In this document: piece by piece, positions 45,333-58,331 of the stretch
Layout of the letters: the number at the start of each line of letters is the position of its first letter
Position numbering within the stretch: the first letter of the stretch is position 1
Assembly: GCF_964213995.1 (NCBI RefSeq)
Contig: NW_027590122.1
Location: 930,001-994,000, forward strand
Source: Mustelus asterias
Lineage: Eukaryota
DNA length: 64,000 bases
Direction: 5' to 3'
Translations under genes and position numbers: made by a program
Notes under the pieces: model-generated
Seen by the model: the letters and a program-made list of their open reading frames with translations, nothing else
The model's database searches: none
What the model was told of the DNA's origin: nothing

Positions 45333-46710
45333 AACACAATGATATTCAGGTTACAATAAATTGGCTAACTCCATCAGGTTTTGATATAATATTTGGTTTC
45401 AGTTTCCCAACTGCAAATCCTCCTCTTCTAAACCCTGTGAAATTGATTTAAAACAGAAAAAAGGAAGTGAGAGAGAACCCACAAAAACACAAAGGCAGTT
45501 TGTGAAATTGAGCTGAATGAATCTGGTCATTTGTGGGGCTGGCACTCGGAAAAAGTGATCATGAAAACTGCTGGATTGTCATAAAAACCCAGCGGGTTCA
45601 CTGATATCCTTCAGGGCAGGAAATCTGCCACACGGTCTGGACACAAGACTCTGGACACTGAGAGAGAAGATAGAGAGAAGTAGGAGAGGTCAGGGTGAAG
45701 GAGAGGGATTTTGTACATTGACAACTCAATTAGAACTTTGACAGAAAGTTTCCCAAACCCTCAACCTCCACCCACCTAGAAGGACCAGGGTAGCAACTAG
45801 ATGGGAACACCATCACCTTCAAGTTCCCCTCCAACTCACACACCACCCTGACTTGTCTGACGTCCAGTACTAAAAGAACAGAAATTTCTTTCATATAAAC
45901 ATTGGGAAGACTGAACCCATTGTCTTCAGTCCCCACTGCAAACTCCACTCCCTCGCCAGCAACTCTCTCCCTCTTCCTGGCAACTGTCTGAGGCTGAAGC
46001 AAACTGTTCACAACCATGGTAAAATATTTCACCCCAAGTTGAGCTTCCAGCCACATTGCCACATCATCATCAAGACCGCCTATTTCCACCTCAGTGCCAT
46101 TGATCAACTCTACTCCAGTCTCAGCTCCTTTGGAACTCTCATCCATTCCATTGTGACGTGAAACACAGGGGAATGGGGATACAGAGAGGGAATGGGACTG
46201 ACTGAATTGCTCCACAGAGAGTTGGCATGGATCTGAGTTGCCTATTCTATGTTGTAATGTTTCCATCACTGAAAATAGATAATGTTGATACACTGCTATA
46301 TATTTTAAGACAAGAAATAGGGAATCGTAAATAACATAGTATATACCATGTAACTACATTAAACATATCTCTCTCCCATACAAATTTACTGTTCATTAAA
46401 ATGTTAGCCCTCTCCTGAGAAAACTCCCCCTTGAATTATGAACATTGGGTAAGAGGCCATCCTATTAGCCAGATATATAAACATGTCAAAGTGAGGGAGC
46501 TAAAGGATGTCAATGTCTTGTGAGAGAAAGAAAAAGATACCTGGGCCTAGTCTTGCTCCTAATTCCGATGTTCGTCTATAACGTTTTCAGAGTCTGCAGT
46601 CTCCCTGGATTCACTTCCTTTCCCATCAGTTGCTGCAAGTCCCCAATTTCCCCCAGAATGAGAAAGGAAATGGAAAGGGGGAGACATTGATTTCCTCCCA
46701 GATGTTGCCC

Positions 46711-46795
46711 TCTTTTTAGGTCAAACCAAATAAACAAACTCAGATTAAGTCAGGCCAAAGTAAAGGGGGCAGCTCCCCAAAAGGAGGGGGAACAG
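46711..46795 (-). mobile_element. Tx1-clade LINE 3' end
   Basis: Matches 49672-49756 and 19007-19090. Confidence 0.7.
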
Positions 46796-47116
46796 TAAGT
46801 TTCACTCTGAACCTCATTGGCCAACTTCCGCATTGTGACGTCACAATGGAACCTCGCGTGAATTAGCCAATAAGAATAAGTCTGCTCCGCGGTGACGTCC
46901 TGTGGTTTCAGTGCGCAGGCCCGGGCGCGCGGACACGGGAGCCCCGCCCCCACCCATTCCCCTCCTCCTGCACCTCCTCCAGCCAAGGTTTCCAGGCAAC
47001 ATGCTGGCGGCTCCGGCCAGAGCGAGAAGCCGCTCGGTGATCTCCCCCGCCCCCCTCTCTCTACGGCGGCTGCGGCTCCAAAAAGAGATCGAGAGCGACC
47101 GCTGGCGGCAGCCGCA

Positions 47117-47244
47117 CTGCGCCTGCTCCGGACAGCTCGGCTCAGCAGCGCTCTCTGCGCCTGCTCCGGACAGCTCGGCTCAGCAGCGCTCTCTGCGCCT
47201 GCTCCGGACAGCTCAACTCAGCAGCGCTCTCTGCGCCTGCGCGC
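47117..47244. repeat. 38-bp GC-rich tandem repeat, 3 full units plus a partial one
   Basis: Unit CTGCGCCTGCTCCGGACAGCTCGGCTCAGCAGCGCTCT starts at 47117, 47155 and 47193. Confidence 0.9.
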
Positions 47245-47350
47245 TGGTCTGCCAGCTGAGGGAGTGGGGGAGGGGACTTTGCAAAATCTTCCCATCATTT
47301 TCTTCCAAGTCCCGCAGTTTGATTTGAAACAGCACAGCTTCTGTTTGTAG

Positions 47351-47554
47351 CTTCACCACAGACTCAAACTTCACCACAGACTCAAACTTCACACACAGAC
47401 TCAAACTTCACCACAGACTCAAACTTCACCACAGACTCCAACTTCACACACAGACTCAAACTTCACACACAGACTCAAACTTCACCACAGACTCAAACTT
47501 CACACACAGACTCAAACTTCACCACAGACTCAAACTTCACACACAGACTCAAAC
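47351..47554. repeat. Minisatellite with mixed 18/19-bp units, about 11 copies
   Basis: Direct repeats of CTTCAC(A)CACAGACTCAAA. Confidence 0.9.
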
Positions 47555-47914
47555 CTCCTCCTCTGGACAACATCTGTGAGGAAAACACTTTCTTTCCCCC
47601 CCCCCTGGGAAATACAGAGAGTTGTGGACTCTGGAACTGGAATTAGAGCCAAATATACTGAGGGGGGAATGTTTGTGATTTTGTGGAACCTGTTTTTATT
47701 GTCTGAGCGTTTTAAAGTTTAATTTATCCTGTCTATTCAAATACTGTTTCTTAATGCATGATTCAGTGATGTTAATTTTAGATTAATTTTTGAAGTAAAA
47801 ATTTTTTAAAATGAAACATTGTCTTTGTTTATTCCATTGGGATTTGTGGGAATTTGTTTATTATAAGGTGACCATGAGGATCGTAACAACATTGATATGT
47901 CTGGTGTTGGTGCA

Positions 47915-48040
47915 TATGATGTGGAGATGCCGGTGTTGGACTGGGGTGGGCCCAGTAAGACGTCTCACAACACCTGGTTAAAGTCCAACAGGTTTATTTC
48001 GAATCACGAGCTTTCAGCGCGCTGCTCCTTCTCACCTGAT
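47915..48040 (-). mobile_element. Penelope-like terminus with a decayed hammerhead
   Basis: ATGATGTGGAGATGCCGG...GAGCTTTCAGCGCGCTGCTCCTTC. Confidence 0.65.
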
Positions 48041-48044
48041 GACC

Positions 48045-48294
48045 AAACAACCTACTGGAACATTAGGGAATTCACACTGGGAAGAGACCCTGATAATTCC
48101 CACTCACTTTCAGCGATTTCTCATAAAAACTACCAGATTGGAAGCTTCTGCCTGAAATGTTATTTTCCCTTCGTTTCCAAACTGAGACCATTCACCTGCT
48201 CAGTGTGTGGGAAAGGATTCACTTGTTCACCCAAGCTGCTGACACACCATGGCAGTCACACCCATTAGTGATCTTTTGGATGCTCTGACTGTGG
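48045..48294 (+). pseudogene. ZNF gene remnant
   Basis: [25 protein letters not shown] plus neighbouring broken fingers, cut by an LTR at 48296. Confidence 0.7.
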
Positions 48295-48295
48295 C

Positions 48296-48780
48296 TGTTA
48301 ATTATACCAATAGAGGTTAAGTTTATTCAGATGGAGGGCACTGATGAGATAGTTATAATGAGCAGGTAAAAAGTGGGACTCACTAATATAGCTTGGAGTC
48401 AGAGTTGAACCTGTAATGTTTGATTCTGTGAACAAATCTATACCAAATAAAGATTGACTCCACCCCAAGGCTGTCAGGATTATAACATGGTAACAGAAAA
48501 TGCTTGTCTAATGGTGAAGGTTGGAAACTAAAAGAAAGTATATTTCAGACAGAAGCTTACAATCCCAGCAGCTTTTGTGAGAAATGACTGAAAGGCAGTG
48601 GGAATTGTCAGGGTCTGATTACCTGCTGATGCTCTCGGAGTCTGAACCATACAACCAGTGGAAGAATGAAGTGGCGATGTGGACACGGGTTACATCCCGA
48701 TCAAGGAGGAAACAAGATCTGGCCTTGGCACTGTCACTTCCTAACACAAGGAAAATCAGCAACAAAGCATTTTCTGATCA
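48296..48780 (+). mobile_element. LTR retrotransposon 5' end: 192-bp LTR, PBS and gag-like remnant
   Basis: TGTTA(48296)...TAACA(48487) with AATAAA, followed directly by TGGTAACAGA (initiator-Met-like PBS, 1 mismatch), then YNQWKNEVAMWTRVT..KQDLALALSLP. Confidence 0.6.
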
Positions 48781-49440
48781 GCCAAACTGCAAGTTGATAA
48801 CTGCACTGGCACGGATGATTCATGTAAAGAATTCACTTCAGGTGGTTGGAGGGTAGAATCCCTGTCAATTGGTCTATGGGAGAAATCCCTAATTCCCCTC
48901 TGTGCCGGGCGATCGCCCTCCTGCTTTAAAGGGATACAATTAGTTCCATTTTCAGTCATCAATTATCTGATTGTTCCATGAAAAGAATTGCTCAAAGCAA
49001 CAAATTATTGGAGAAACCAGAAGAGGGTCTCTTCATGTGTAACATTTGGACTGAAGGAGAAAAACCATCTTTTTCTTCGATTTGTTTTGAAACACTGTGT
49101 GAATTTTTGCGATCCCGGTCAGGACTGTTAACGTTTGCAGAGAAATTCGAACACCCGGTGATTAACTGAAAGAATTACATCACAAGATTCCACATTTTTA
49201 AACAAAAACAAACTTTACTGTATGTTTAAATAAAATTTAAAAAGACAACACTACAAATTGAATACTACACTCAATAAAGATTTATGATATAAACCGAGTT
49301 CTATTTTTTTACCTCAAGAGTTTCTTTATACATAACAATATCTTGAAGTTTCATTCACTTCTGGTCCTAGGACCATCCCAAAGGTATGTCAAAGCTCTCC
49401 ACAATTCACTTTAATTCTCCCCAGTACACCAGATATTCTC

Positions 49441-49756
49441 CCCAGGCAGCGGGCGATCGAGGGGGCCGTCCATCCTGACTGTCTGCCCCTCTACTGCGGC
49501 TACATTCACAGCCAGGTGTCCCTGGAGAGGGAGCATGCGGTGTCCACGGGCACGGTTGATGCCTTCCGTGCCCGCTGGGCACCGCAGGGGTTGGGGTGCG
49601 TTATCGACCCTGATAATCACATTTTAATTTGATGTTTTTAAGTTTCCTTTGTACTTTGATTTTTGTTCGGGCTGTTCCCCCTCCTTTTGGGGAGCTGCCC
49701 CTTTTACTTTGTCCTGACTTAATTTGAGTTTGTTTATTCGGTTTGACCTAAAAAGA
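49441..49756 (+). mobile_element. Tx1-clade (L1 group) LINE 3' end
   Basis: Reads RQRAIEGAVHPDCLPLYCGYIHSQVSLEREHAVSTGTVDAFRARWAPQGLGCVIDPDNHILI*, which resembles vertebrate Tx1 ORF2 C-termini (recalled, not searched). A T-rich 3'UTR ends in AAAAAGA. Confidence 0.65.
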
Positions 49757-52214
49757 GGCCAAGAGTTTATGGGAGTCCATCCATTATCTTTTCACTAAAC
49801 AAGCCTCCAATTTTCCTTTAAGCTCTCAAACTGTGGACTCCTCAGTCTAAACATGGGCTTCACTGCATTCTTGCTGAGGCATTTAAATGTTGGAAACACC
49901 CCTGGTTTCCAACGGTCCTCTAGGCTTCTAGTCCCACAGCTGGTTCACAGCTCCTGGTCCCACAACTGGTGGCTTCCAAGCTGACTGCAGACTGTCCGCT
50001 GAAACCAGGTCATTGATTGGAAAGGACTCAAAGGTTCCGGGGAAAAGGCAGGAGAATGGGATTGAGATTTATCAGCCATGATCGAATGGCACAGCAGATT
50101 CGATGGGCCGAATAGCCTAATTCTGCTCCTATATCTTATGGTCTAATTCTAACCAAGACTCCACCCTGAATCACATATCCCCATGGTAACAGAGACCAGG
50201 TGGAATATCTGACAGATATTTAGCTTCAAAACTAAACCCTTTTTCCTGAGGTCTGCATGAAGAATTAACCTAACAAAAACAGTACAATAATCGTCAGACC
50301 CAATGTCTCCAGCTAAAAGATCCAGCTGACCTTTTACAGTTCTTACCTCTCGAGTTTTGACTTCTTAAACCAACATGGGCCATGCTTTGTGACTGCGAAT
50401 TCCCTGAGGGTGTTTTCATCAGATTCTCAATCCAGGTTTTCCATTTTTTAAAAGCAATTCTTGCAACTAATTCATATTTCTAAAACATAGGAATTATAAA
50501 ATTAGATTTTTGTAACAAAAACAGGAAGAAATGGAAATGTATCACCTTCAAAATATCCCATTTAGAATATTACAATATACAACATGCTGTATATCTTAAC
50601 AACAGCCATGATCTTATTGAATGGTGGAGCAGGCTCAAAGGGCCAAATGGCCTCCTCCTGTTCCTAAATCCACTGTTTTCCTATGTTGATCTATCTTATA
50701 ACCTGCAATAGACATAATAATCCCTCCATTGTCCACTTGACATTCACAAGTCCAGCTTGATAACAGCACACTGCTGGGTTCCATGTCCAGGAATTCAGTC
50801 CACTGAAGATGGAAATTACTGCTTGCAGTCTTTTCTGACGGTTTTCTTCTTACAATAATTATAGTCCAAAGTTCCTCCTGCAAAAGGAGAGTCTTCATTG
50901 CTGTTCATTTGTGAATTTTCAAGTTCTATTTTGAAAACAGTCTGTACAGAGTTCACATTTTGAAATTTATTTTCTTCCATGTTTGTAGTTCCTCCATTGT
51001 TTAAATCCAGAGAGAATATTCCACTCAATTCCACATTGAAACTGTCTTCTTCTTGCTCAGTTATAGCTGATTCCTTTATTGTCCAGGACAATATATTCAC
51101 AATATCTTTAAAACAGAAATTAAACATTCCCATTTGATTTCAGACAGTAACATATCCCGTTAGTTTGTTCTTTATTGTCAATGTCAGTCTCGGGTTGTTC
51201 CCCTTGGAGCAAAGGAGATTGAGGGGAGATTTGATAGAGGTGGACAAGATTCTGACAGGTTTAGATAAGGTGGACAAAGAAAAGCTGTTCCCATTAGCTG
51301 AAGGGACAAGGACGAGGGGGGCACAGATTTCTTGTTTTGGGTCAGAGATGCAAGGGGGGGGGGGGGGGGAGGGAGATGTGAGGAAGAATATTCTGATGCA
51401 GCGAATGGTAATGACCTGAAACTCGCTGCCTACGAGGGTGGAGCAAGTGGAGACAATAAACAATTAAAAAGGAAATTGGATGGGCATTTGGGATGTTCCA
51501 AACAGAACGAAGAACAAAGAAAATTTTGTTTTCTTTAAAGAAAACAAAAAAAAGAACAAAGAAAATCCATCAAGACATCATTTGACTGAGTTTGGCAGAA
51601 AGGGACCTACACAGGGTTGGAGTCGGTGGGGTTTGGCGGGGGGATCTCTCCACCGGTTGGGGATATACCAGGTACAGACGATGATGGCTGTGGTTGTTGG
51701 AGGTCAGTCATCACTGCAAGGGTCACTGCAGGGTTCATCTAAAACTCTGCTGGCCATGTTTAAACTCACATTAAGTGTTATTCCACTATCACCCTTGTGC
51801 ACGATGATCCACCCAGTAAAGCAACAACTTAACATTAAAATTCTCATCCTTGGTTTCAAATCACTCCATGACCTTGCCTGTCCCAATATCTATAATCTCC
51901 TATCAGCCCCACAACCCTCAATATATTACACGACTCTAATTCTGGTCTTTAGTTTGTCCCTGACCTTGCTTCACCATTGCAAGCTCTACCTTCAGTTGCT
52001 TAGGCTCCAACCTCTGGAATACCATCCCTACACGTCTCCAACTCTCCACCTCGCTTTACTCCTTTAACACACCCCTTAAAATCTACCACTTTGACCAAAC
52101 TTTTGGTCATCTAACCAAATATCTTCTTTGTGGCTCAATGTCATACTTTATTTTACAATGCTCCTTGGATGTTTTATTACTTTCAGGCGCTATATAAATA
52201 TATTTTGTTGTTCC

Positions 52215-53740
52215 TCGTGTCTCCTGGGCCTAATCATTTTCAGCGGCTTCATTAATTACCGTCTCCCCACCGTAGGGTCGGAAACGGGGATGTTCACTGA
52301 TGATTGCAGTGTATATGACCATTCACAACTCTGAATACTGAAGCTGCCCGCATGCAGCGCAGGACCAGGACAACATTCAGGTTGGAGCTGATTGTCAATT
52401 CATACTGACACCACATAATTATCAGGAAATATCTATTTCCAGCAAGAAAATCGAACCATCTTCCCATGATATTCAATGGCATTACCATCAGTGAATGCCC
52501 CACCAGCAATAACTTTGGGGTTACCATTGACCAGTCATTTAAATACTGAGGTTACAAGAGCAGATCAGAGGTTGGGAGTTTTGTGGCAGGTTACTCACTT
52601 AATGACTCCCCAAAGGCTTGCCATGATTCACAAGGTATAAATCAGGAGTAAGGGGGAATATTCTTTACCTGGATGAGTGTATCTGCAACAATTTTGTAGA
52701 TCCTATCCAGGACAAAGTAGCCCGCCTGATCAGCATCTCAAATACCACCTTAAACATTCACTCTCCACCATTAGCCCACAATGGTGGCAGTGTATCCCAC
52801 TGATTAGATGCACTGCAAGAAATCACCAAGGCTGTTTTCACAGCATGTTCCAAACCCTAACTTCTACCACTTGAAAAACAAGTGCAGCCAGCGTATGGGA
52901 ATGCCACCATCTGCAAATTGTACTCCACATCACACACCATTCTGACTTGAAAATCAATCACCATTCCTTCTCTGTCACTGCATCAAATTCCTGGAACTCC
53001 CTAACACCGTTGTGGGTATACCTACACCAGATGGATTGCAGCGATTCAAGAAAGTGGCTCACTTTCTTCACAAGGGCAATCAGTGATGCACAATGAATGT
53101 TGGCCTTGCCAGTCACATTCACATCCCCTGAAAGAATAAAAAAAAAATCCTCATCCCTGGTATCATTCTCAGTCATGAGTACTGCAATTATCAATGAACA
53201 GCTCCGCTTTCGACTTTATGATGGGGGAGGGTCATTGGTGGAGCAACTGAGGATGGATGGGCCTCGGACACTACCCTGGGGCTGAGATGATTGGCCTCCA
53301 ACAACCGCGATCATCCTCCTCTGTGCGGGATGTGGCTCTCGCCGGTGGAGAGTTTCCCCCTGATTCCCATTGACTTCAATGTTAATTGGGTTGCTTGATG
53401 CCACGCACAGTCAAATGCTGCCTTGACGTCAATGGCAATCACTCCAACATCACCCAGTTCAACTCTTTTGTCCATGTTTGGACAAAGGCTGTAAATGAGG
53501 CAGGAGGTGAGTGGTCCTCGGTGGAACCCAAAATGAGCATCAGTGAGCAGGTTATTGCTGTATAAATGCTGCTTGATCGCACCGTTGGCAACAACATCTT
53601 CCATCATTTTGCTGATGAGCGAGACTCGAGACATTGGAGGGCAGTTGGCCAGTTTGGATTTTTCCTTATCCATTGCCTTCAGCTGTTTATTGATATCCCT
53701 TGAAGTGAATCGAATTGGCTGAAGATGGGCATCTGTGATA
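52215..53740. mobile_element. Old LINE fragments: 3' end on + (52215-53147) and an RT fragment on - (53210-53740)
   Basis: MFTDDCSV and IDVKAAFD remnants. The A-tailed 3' end is shared with the second SINE family. Confidence 0.65.
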
Positions 53741-53864
53741 GTAGGGACCTCAGGATGGATAATCCATATGGAGAGATTAGAGAGGCTGGAATTGCACTCT
53801 ATAGAGCAGGAAAGGTTAAGGAAAGATTTAATAGAGATATTCAAACTTTTGAGAGGTTTTAGTC

Positions 53865-54862
53865 CTATTTTCAAGAAGGGGAATAGGGATAGCCCAGGTA
53901 ATTACCGACCAGTGAGTCTAACCTCAGTGGTTGGTAAACTGATGGCGAAGATCCTGAGGGACAGGATATATGAGCATTTAGAGAGGTTTAGTATGCTCAA
54001 GAATACTCAGCATGGCTTTGTCAAGGGCAGATCGTGCCTTACGAGCCTGGTGGAGTTCCCCTCGCACCTTAAACCCATGCCCCGAGTAATTGACTCTTCC
54101 ACCCTGGGAAAAAGCTTCTGACTATCCACTCTGTCCATGCCCCTCATAATTTTGTAGACTTCCATCAGGTCGCCCTCCTCAACCTCCGTCGTTCCAGTGA
54201 GAACAAACCAAGTTTCTCCAACCTCTCCTGATAGCTAATGCCCTCCACACCAGGCAACATCCTGATAAATATTGTCCGTACCCTCTCCAAAGCCTCCACA
54301 TCCTTCTGGTAGTGTGGTGACCAGAATTGAACACTAGATTCCAAGTGCGGTCTAACTAAGGTTCTATAAAGCTGCAACAAGACTTGCCAATTTTTAAACT
54401 CAATACCCGGGCCGATGAAGGCAAGCATGCCGTATGCCTTCTTGATTATCTTCTCCACCTGCCTTGCCACTTTCAATGACCTGTGTACCTGTACACCCAG
54501 ATCCCTCTGCCTATGAATACTCTTCAGGGTTCTGCCATTTACTGTATATTTCCCATCTGTATTAGACCTTCCAAAATGCATTACCTCACATTTTTCCGGA
54601 TTGAACTTCATCTGCCATCTCTCCGCCCAAGTCTCCAACTGATCTATATCCTGCTGTATCCTCTGCCGGTCCCCATCGCTATCCGCAAATCCACCAACCT
54701 TTGTGTCGTCCACAAACTTACCAATCAAAGCAGTTACATTTTCCTCCAAATCATTTATATATATTACAAACAGCAAAAGTCCCAGCACTGATCCCTGAGG
54801 AATGTCACTTGTCACAGCCCTCCATTCAGAAATGTACCTTTGCACTGCCAACCTCTGTTTTC
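53865..54862. mobile_element. CR1 fragments joined in opposite orientation (+53865-54057, -54058-54862)
   Basis: ORFs 53735..54121 and 54165..54851. Confidence 0.85.
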
Positions 54863-55102
54863 TTCTGACTGAATATCTCTAAACTTCCTAACACTCTGTC
54901 ACTCTGTGATCCTTGTGACATTTGAAATCAGGTATTCACAAAAAGACTCAAAGAGCATCAGCCCACTGGAGGCTGAGACCAGCCAGTCCAGCAGAAAGAA
55001 ACCCTCCGACCCTCCCCATTGACCAACTGTGAGAATGAACAAAATGCAATCCTGGATGTAATTGAGAGCAGAAACAATAACAGCAGAATCCAACCACTGT
55101 CA

Positions 55103-55777
55103 TCACTCGTGAACCTGTTGATGTCTCAGCAGCTGGGATGAAACGCTGAAACCCTTCCCACACTGAGAGCAGGTGAATGGCCTCTCCCCAGTGTGAACTT
55201 GCTGGTGCGTCCGCAGGATGCATAACTGAGTGAATTCTTGCCCACACTGAGAGCAGGTGAACGGTCTCTCCCCAGTGTGAATTCGCTGGTGTGACTGCAG
55301 GTTGGTTGACCGAGTGAATCCCTTCCCACACTGAGAGCAGGTGAATGGCCTCTCCCCAGTGTGAACTCGCTGGTGTCTCTGCAGGTGGGACGACCGAGTG
55401 AATCCCTTCCCACACTGAGAGCAGGTGAATGGCCTCTCTCCAGTGTGAACTCGCTGGTGTGTCTGCAGGCTGCAGAACTGAATGAATCCCTGCCCACACT
55501 GAGAGCAGGTGAATGGTCTCTCCCCAGTGTGAACTCGCTGGTGTGACTGCAGGTTGGTTGACCGAGTGAATCCCTCCCCACACTGAGAGCAGGTGAACGG
55601 CTTCTCCCCTGTGTGACGTAGCTGGTGTGATTGCAGGTGGGATGACTGAGTGAATCCCTTCCCACACTGAGAGCAGATGAACGGCCTCTCCCCAGTGTGG
55701 TTGCGCCGATGAGCTTCCAGCTGAGATGGGGTTCTGCATCCCTTCCCACAGTTCACACATTTCCATGGTTTCTCCAT
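55103..55777 (-). CDS. C2H2 zinc-finger protein, 8 fingers, 224 aa; close paralogue of 16862..17536
   Basis: MEKPWKC start in a CACCATGG context, 8 complete fingers, UTRs collinear with the 17-kb gene. Confidence 0.9.
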   Translation of the reverse strand: MEKPWKCVNCGKGCRTPSQLEAHRRNHTGERPFICSQCGKGFTQSSHLQSHQLRHTGEKPFTCSQCGEGFTRSTNLQSHQRVHTGERPFTCSQCGQGFIQFCSLQTHQRVHTGERPFTCSQCGKGFTRSSHLQRHQRVHTGERPFTCSQCGKGFTRSTNLQSHQRIHTGERPFTCSQCGQEFTQLCILRTHQQVHTGERPFTCSQCGKGFSVSSQLLRHQQVHE

Positions 55778-56242
55778 GGTGCAGGTGTCCTTGCCTCTCT
55801 CTTGGGTGGACAACTAGTTGAAACTTCGTCCACACACAGAACAAGATTACAGTCTCTACCCGCTGTGAATGGTGTGATATTTATTCAGACTGTGTAACTG
55901 GTTAAAGCTCTTTAGTCAGTGCACTGGAACACTCTCTCTCGAGTGTGGCAGTGTGTTGATGCTTTTTCACTCACACTGACATTTCAAATCTCTTCAAATC
56001 GACAGACTGGACAATCATTTCTCCTTCTGGATTCAAAGTCCGGTGATATTGAGGTCCCAAGGAATACGACTCTGTCAGTTCTAGACGTGATGTTTGAGAT
56101 TTCGGCCTGTGATTCCTCTTTCAATATCCTGGAAAATGAGTTTACAAAAGTCATCAGTGTCAGTACAGGATAGAAATTCAGAACAGACAATTTCTATGGA
56201 ACATTCTTTCCTCTCTCATTCCCCAAAAGCTCTCTCCCCATT

Positions 56243-56430
56243 CTCAGCAGGTCTTGCAGCATCTGTATGGAGAGAAAAGAACTGATGTTTCAGAGCTTTG
56301 ACAAAGGGTCATCGAGACAAGAAACATCAGCTCTTTTCTCTCCTTACAGATGCTGCCAGACCTGCTGAGATTTTCCAGCATTTTCTCTCTTGGTTTCAGA
56401 TTCCAGCATCCGCAGTAATTTGCTTTTATA
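56243..56430. mobile_element. Penelope-like terminus, family B, inverted, with a decayed hammerhead
   Basis: AGAGCT-TTGACAA-AGGGTC..GACAA-GAAA-CATC-AGCTCT with inverted arms. Confidence 0.6.
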
Positions 56431-57630
56431 AGGCTGCAGATACCTCCTCCCAAGTAACATGCGTGTGCCCAAGACATCACCACTTGTTTCCCTTATTTCT
56501 TTAGCACCCATGGTGCTCTCCGCAGTAAACACAGAGGAGAAGTATTCATTAAAAATCTCACCCATCTCCTGTGGCTCCACACACAGATGGCCATCCTGAT
56601 TTTTAAGGGGATCTATTCTCTCTCTAGCCACCCTTTTACTCTTAATATTGCTCTCGAACCTCTTGGAATTTTCTTTAATCTTACCTGCCAGATCCATATC
56701 AGACCCACTTTTTGTCCTCCTGATTTCCCTCTTCAGTATTTTCTTACACTTTTTATAGTCAGAGTGATTCACTTGTCCCCGATTGCCTAAACCCAATGTA
56801 TGCTTCCTTCTTTTACCTGACCAGAGCCTCAATGTCCCTTGTCTGCCAGAGATCCCTAAATTTACCATTCTTTCCCTTCATCTTAACAGGAATATACTGC
56901 CCCTGGACTCTTGATATCACACTTTTAAAACCTTCCATTTGCCAGTCATTCCTTTCCCTTCAAACAAACTCACCTCATCAACATCTGCTCGATCCTGCCT
57001 AATGCCCACAAAAGTGGCCCTGCTCCAGTTTAGGGCCTTGACCTGTGGACCTGTCCTATCTTTTTCCTGAACTATTTTGAAACTATTGGTGCTCCCAATA
57101 GTGCTCCCTGACTGACACTTCAGTCACTTGCTCCACCTCATTTCTTAACTGTCTAACAGAAAGTGAGTCCAGGAATTGATGATGAAAAATAAGGAGCTGG
57201 GAGATGAATTGAACAAGTATTTTGCCTCGGTGTTCACAATAGAGGATACAGTTAAAACTCAGAAACAGCTGGAAATCAGAAAACAGAAGTGTGGGATGAA
57301 CTCTGAAAAAGCACAATTCCCAGGGAAGTGGTCCTCAGCAAACTGTTGGAGCTGTGGGCTGATGAGTCCTCGGGTCCTGCTGGGCTTCATTCTCGGGTCT
57401 TAACAGAGTGAGATCGTTGATGTGTTGTTCAATTTTCTAAAATTCCCCATCGGGAATTGGATAAAGGGAAACCGGTGGATGCGCTGTACTTAGATTTCCA
57501 GAAGACATTTGATGAGGTGCCACATGAAATGTTATTGCAGCAAATAAAAATTCATGCTGCGGGGATAACATATTGGCGTGGATAGAAGATTGGCTAACAG
57601 CAAACAGTGGGCAGAAATGGATCATTTTCT
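56431..57630. mobile_element. Degraded CR1 fragments (- 56431-57150, + 57160-57630)
   Basis: ORFs 56344..56868 and 57176..57403. Confidence 0.7.
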
Positions 57631-57639
57631 GGTTGAAGA

Positions 57640-58210
57640 GAGAGAGAGACCTGGGGCAACCTTTGCAGAGTCGGCACATTCCCTGGATTCACTTCCTTTC
57701 CCTTCAGTTGCTGCAAGTCCCCAATTTCCCCCAGAATGAGAAAAGAAATGGAAAGGGGGTTGAAGAGAAAGTGATTTACTCACAGATATTAGCGACAGGA
57801 GGAAGTTTGAGTCTGTCTGAAGATCAATCTTCATTCACACAAAGCCCGCGCTCTGATTGGCTGGAAGACCAGAGTCCTTCCAGTCCTCCAACTCTTCCCA
57901 TTGGTCAACACCTCAGCAAGATGATCAGAGGGTGGGTTCTCCCCTGCACACGGGGCGGGGCTCCCGGGTCCGCGCGCCCGGGCCTGGAAGGTGGAGACAT
58001 CAACACGGAGCAGAGTGATTCCTATTGGCTGATTCAGGCAGGGTTCCATTGTAACGTCACAATGCGGAAGTTGTCCAATGAACTTCAGAGTGAAACTTCC
58101 TCCTCTGGGCAACATCTGTGAGTAAATCAATGTTTCCCCCTTTCCATTTCTTTTCTCATTCTGGGGGGAATTGGGGACTTGCAGCAACTGAAGGGAATGA
58201 AGTGAATTTG
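57640..58210. promoter_or_regulatory. ZNF promoter cassette 4 (internally deleted core)
   Basis: Inverted exon modules at 57650-57810 (-) and 58090-58207 (+). The CCAAT boxes, GC box and AACGTCACAATGCGGAAG are retained. Confidence 0.7.
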
Positions 58211-58331
58211 GTCTGTATATTCCACACATTTTTACTCCACTAATGTAGACATTTATCTGTCTGGCCGCCTGCATGGAAATTTTCAGCTCTCTGCGTCCAG
58301 GGCAAGAAGCAGTGAGCATGGATCTGTCAAT

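Larger units (their letters stand above)
46520..47600. promoter_or_regulatory. ZNF promoter cassette 3 (reverse orientation)
   Basis: 46810-47050 is the reverse complement of the cassette core, with palindrome CATTGTGACGTCACAATG at 46831-46848. Exon module at 46590-46710 (-) and a remnant at 47555-47600 (+). Confidence 0.75.

Noticed and set aside
47351-47554. CRISPR-like appearance of short repeats (also 59497-59631)
   Set aside because: The repeats are contiguous with no unique spacers, there are no cas genes, and the context is eukaryotic.
49126-50517. TGTTA...TAACA-bounded block as a reverse-strand LTR hosting the Tx1 and CR1 pieces
   Set aside because: It is plausible, but there is no TSD, PBS or second copy in the window.
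50816-51133. 105-aa minus-strand ORF as a host gene exon
   Set aside because: It has no recognisable domain, and only its first part is shared with the 16.2-kb duplicate.
51353-51374. Poly-G run as a functional G-quadruplex
   Set aside because: The paralogous site near 16477 has only a short G run, so this is a homopolymer expansion inside a dead CR1 fragment.
16862-55777. Assigning mammalian ZNF gene symbols
   Set aside because: These are lineage-specific paralogues, and generic finger similarity does not establish orthology.
54948-55844. 298-aa ORF and similar repetitive ORFs overlapping ZNF genes (e.g. 16885..17517, 55126..55749)
   Set aside because: These are shifted-frame shadows of the 84-bp finger repeat ([17 protein letters not shown] / [16 protein letters not shown] patterns), with no independent support.
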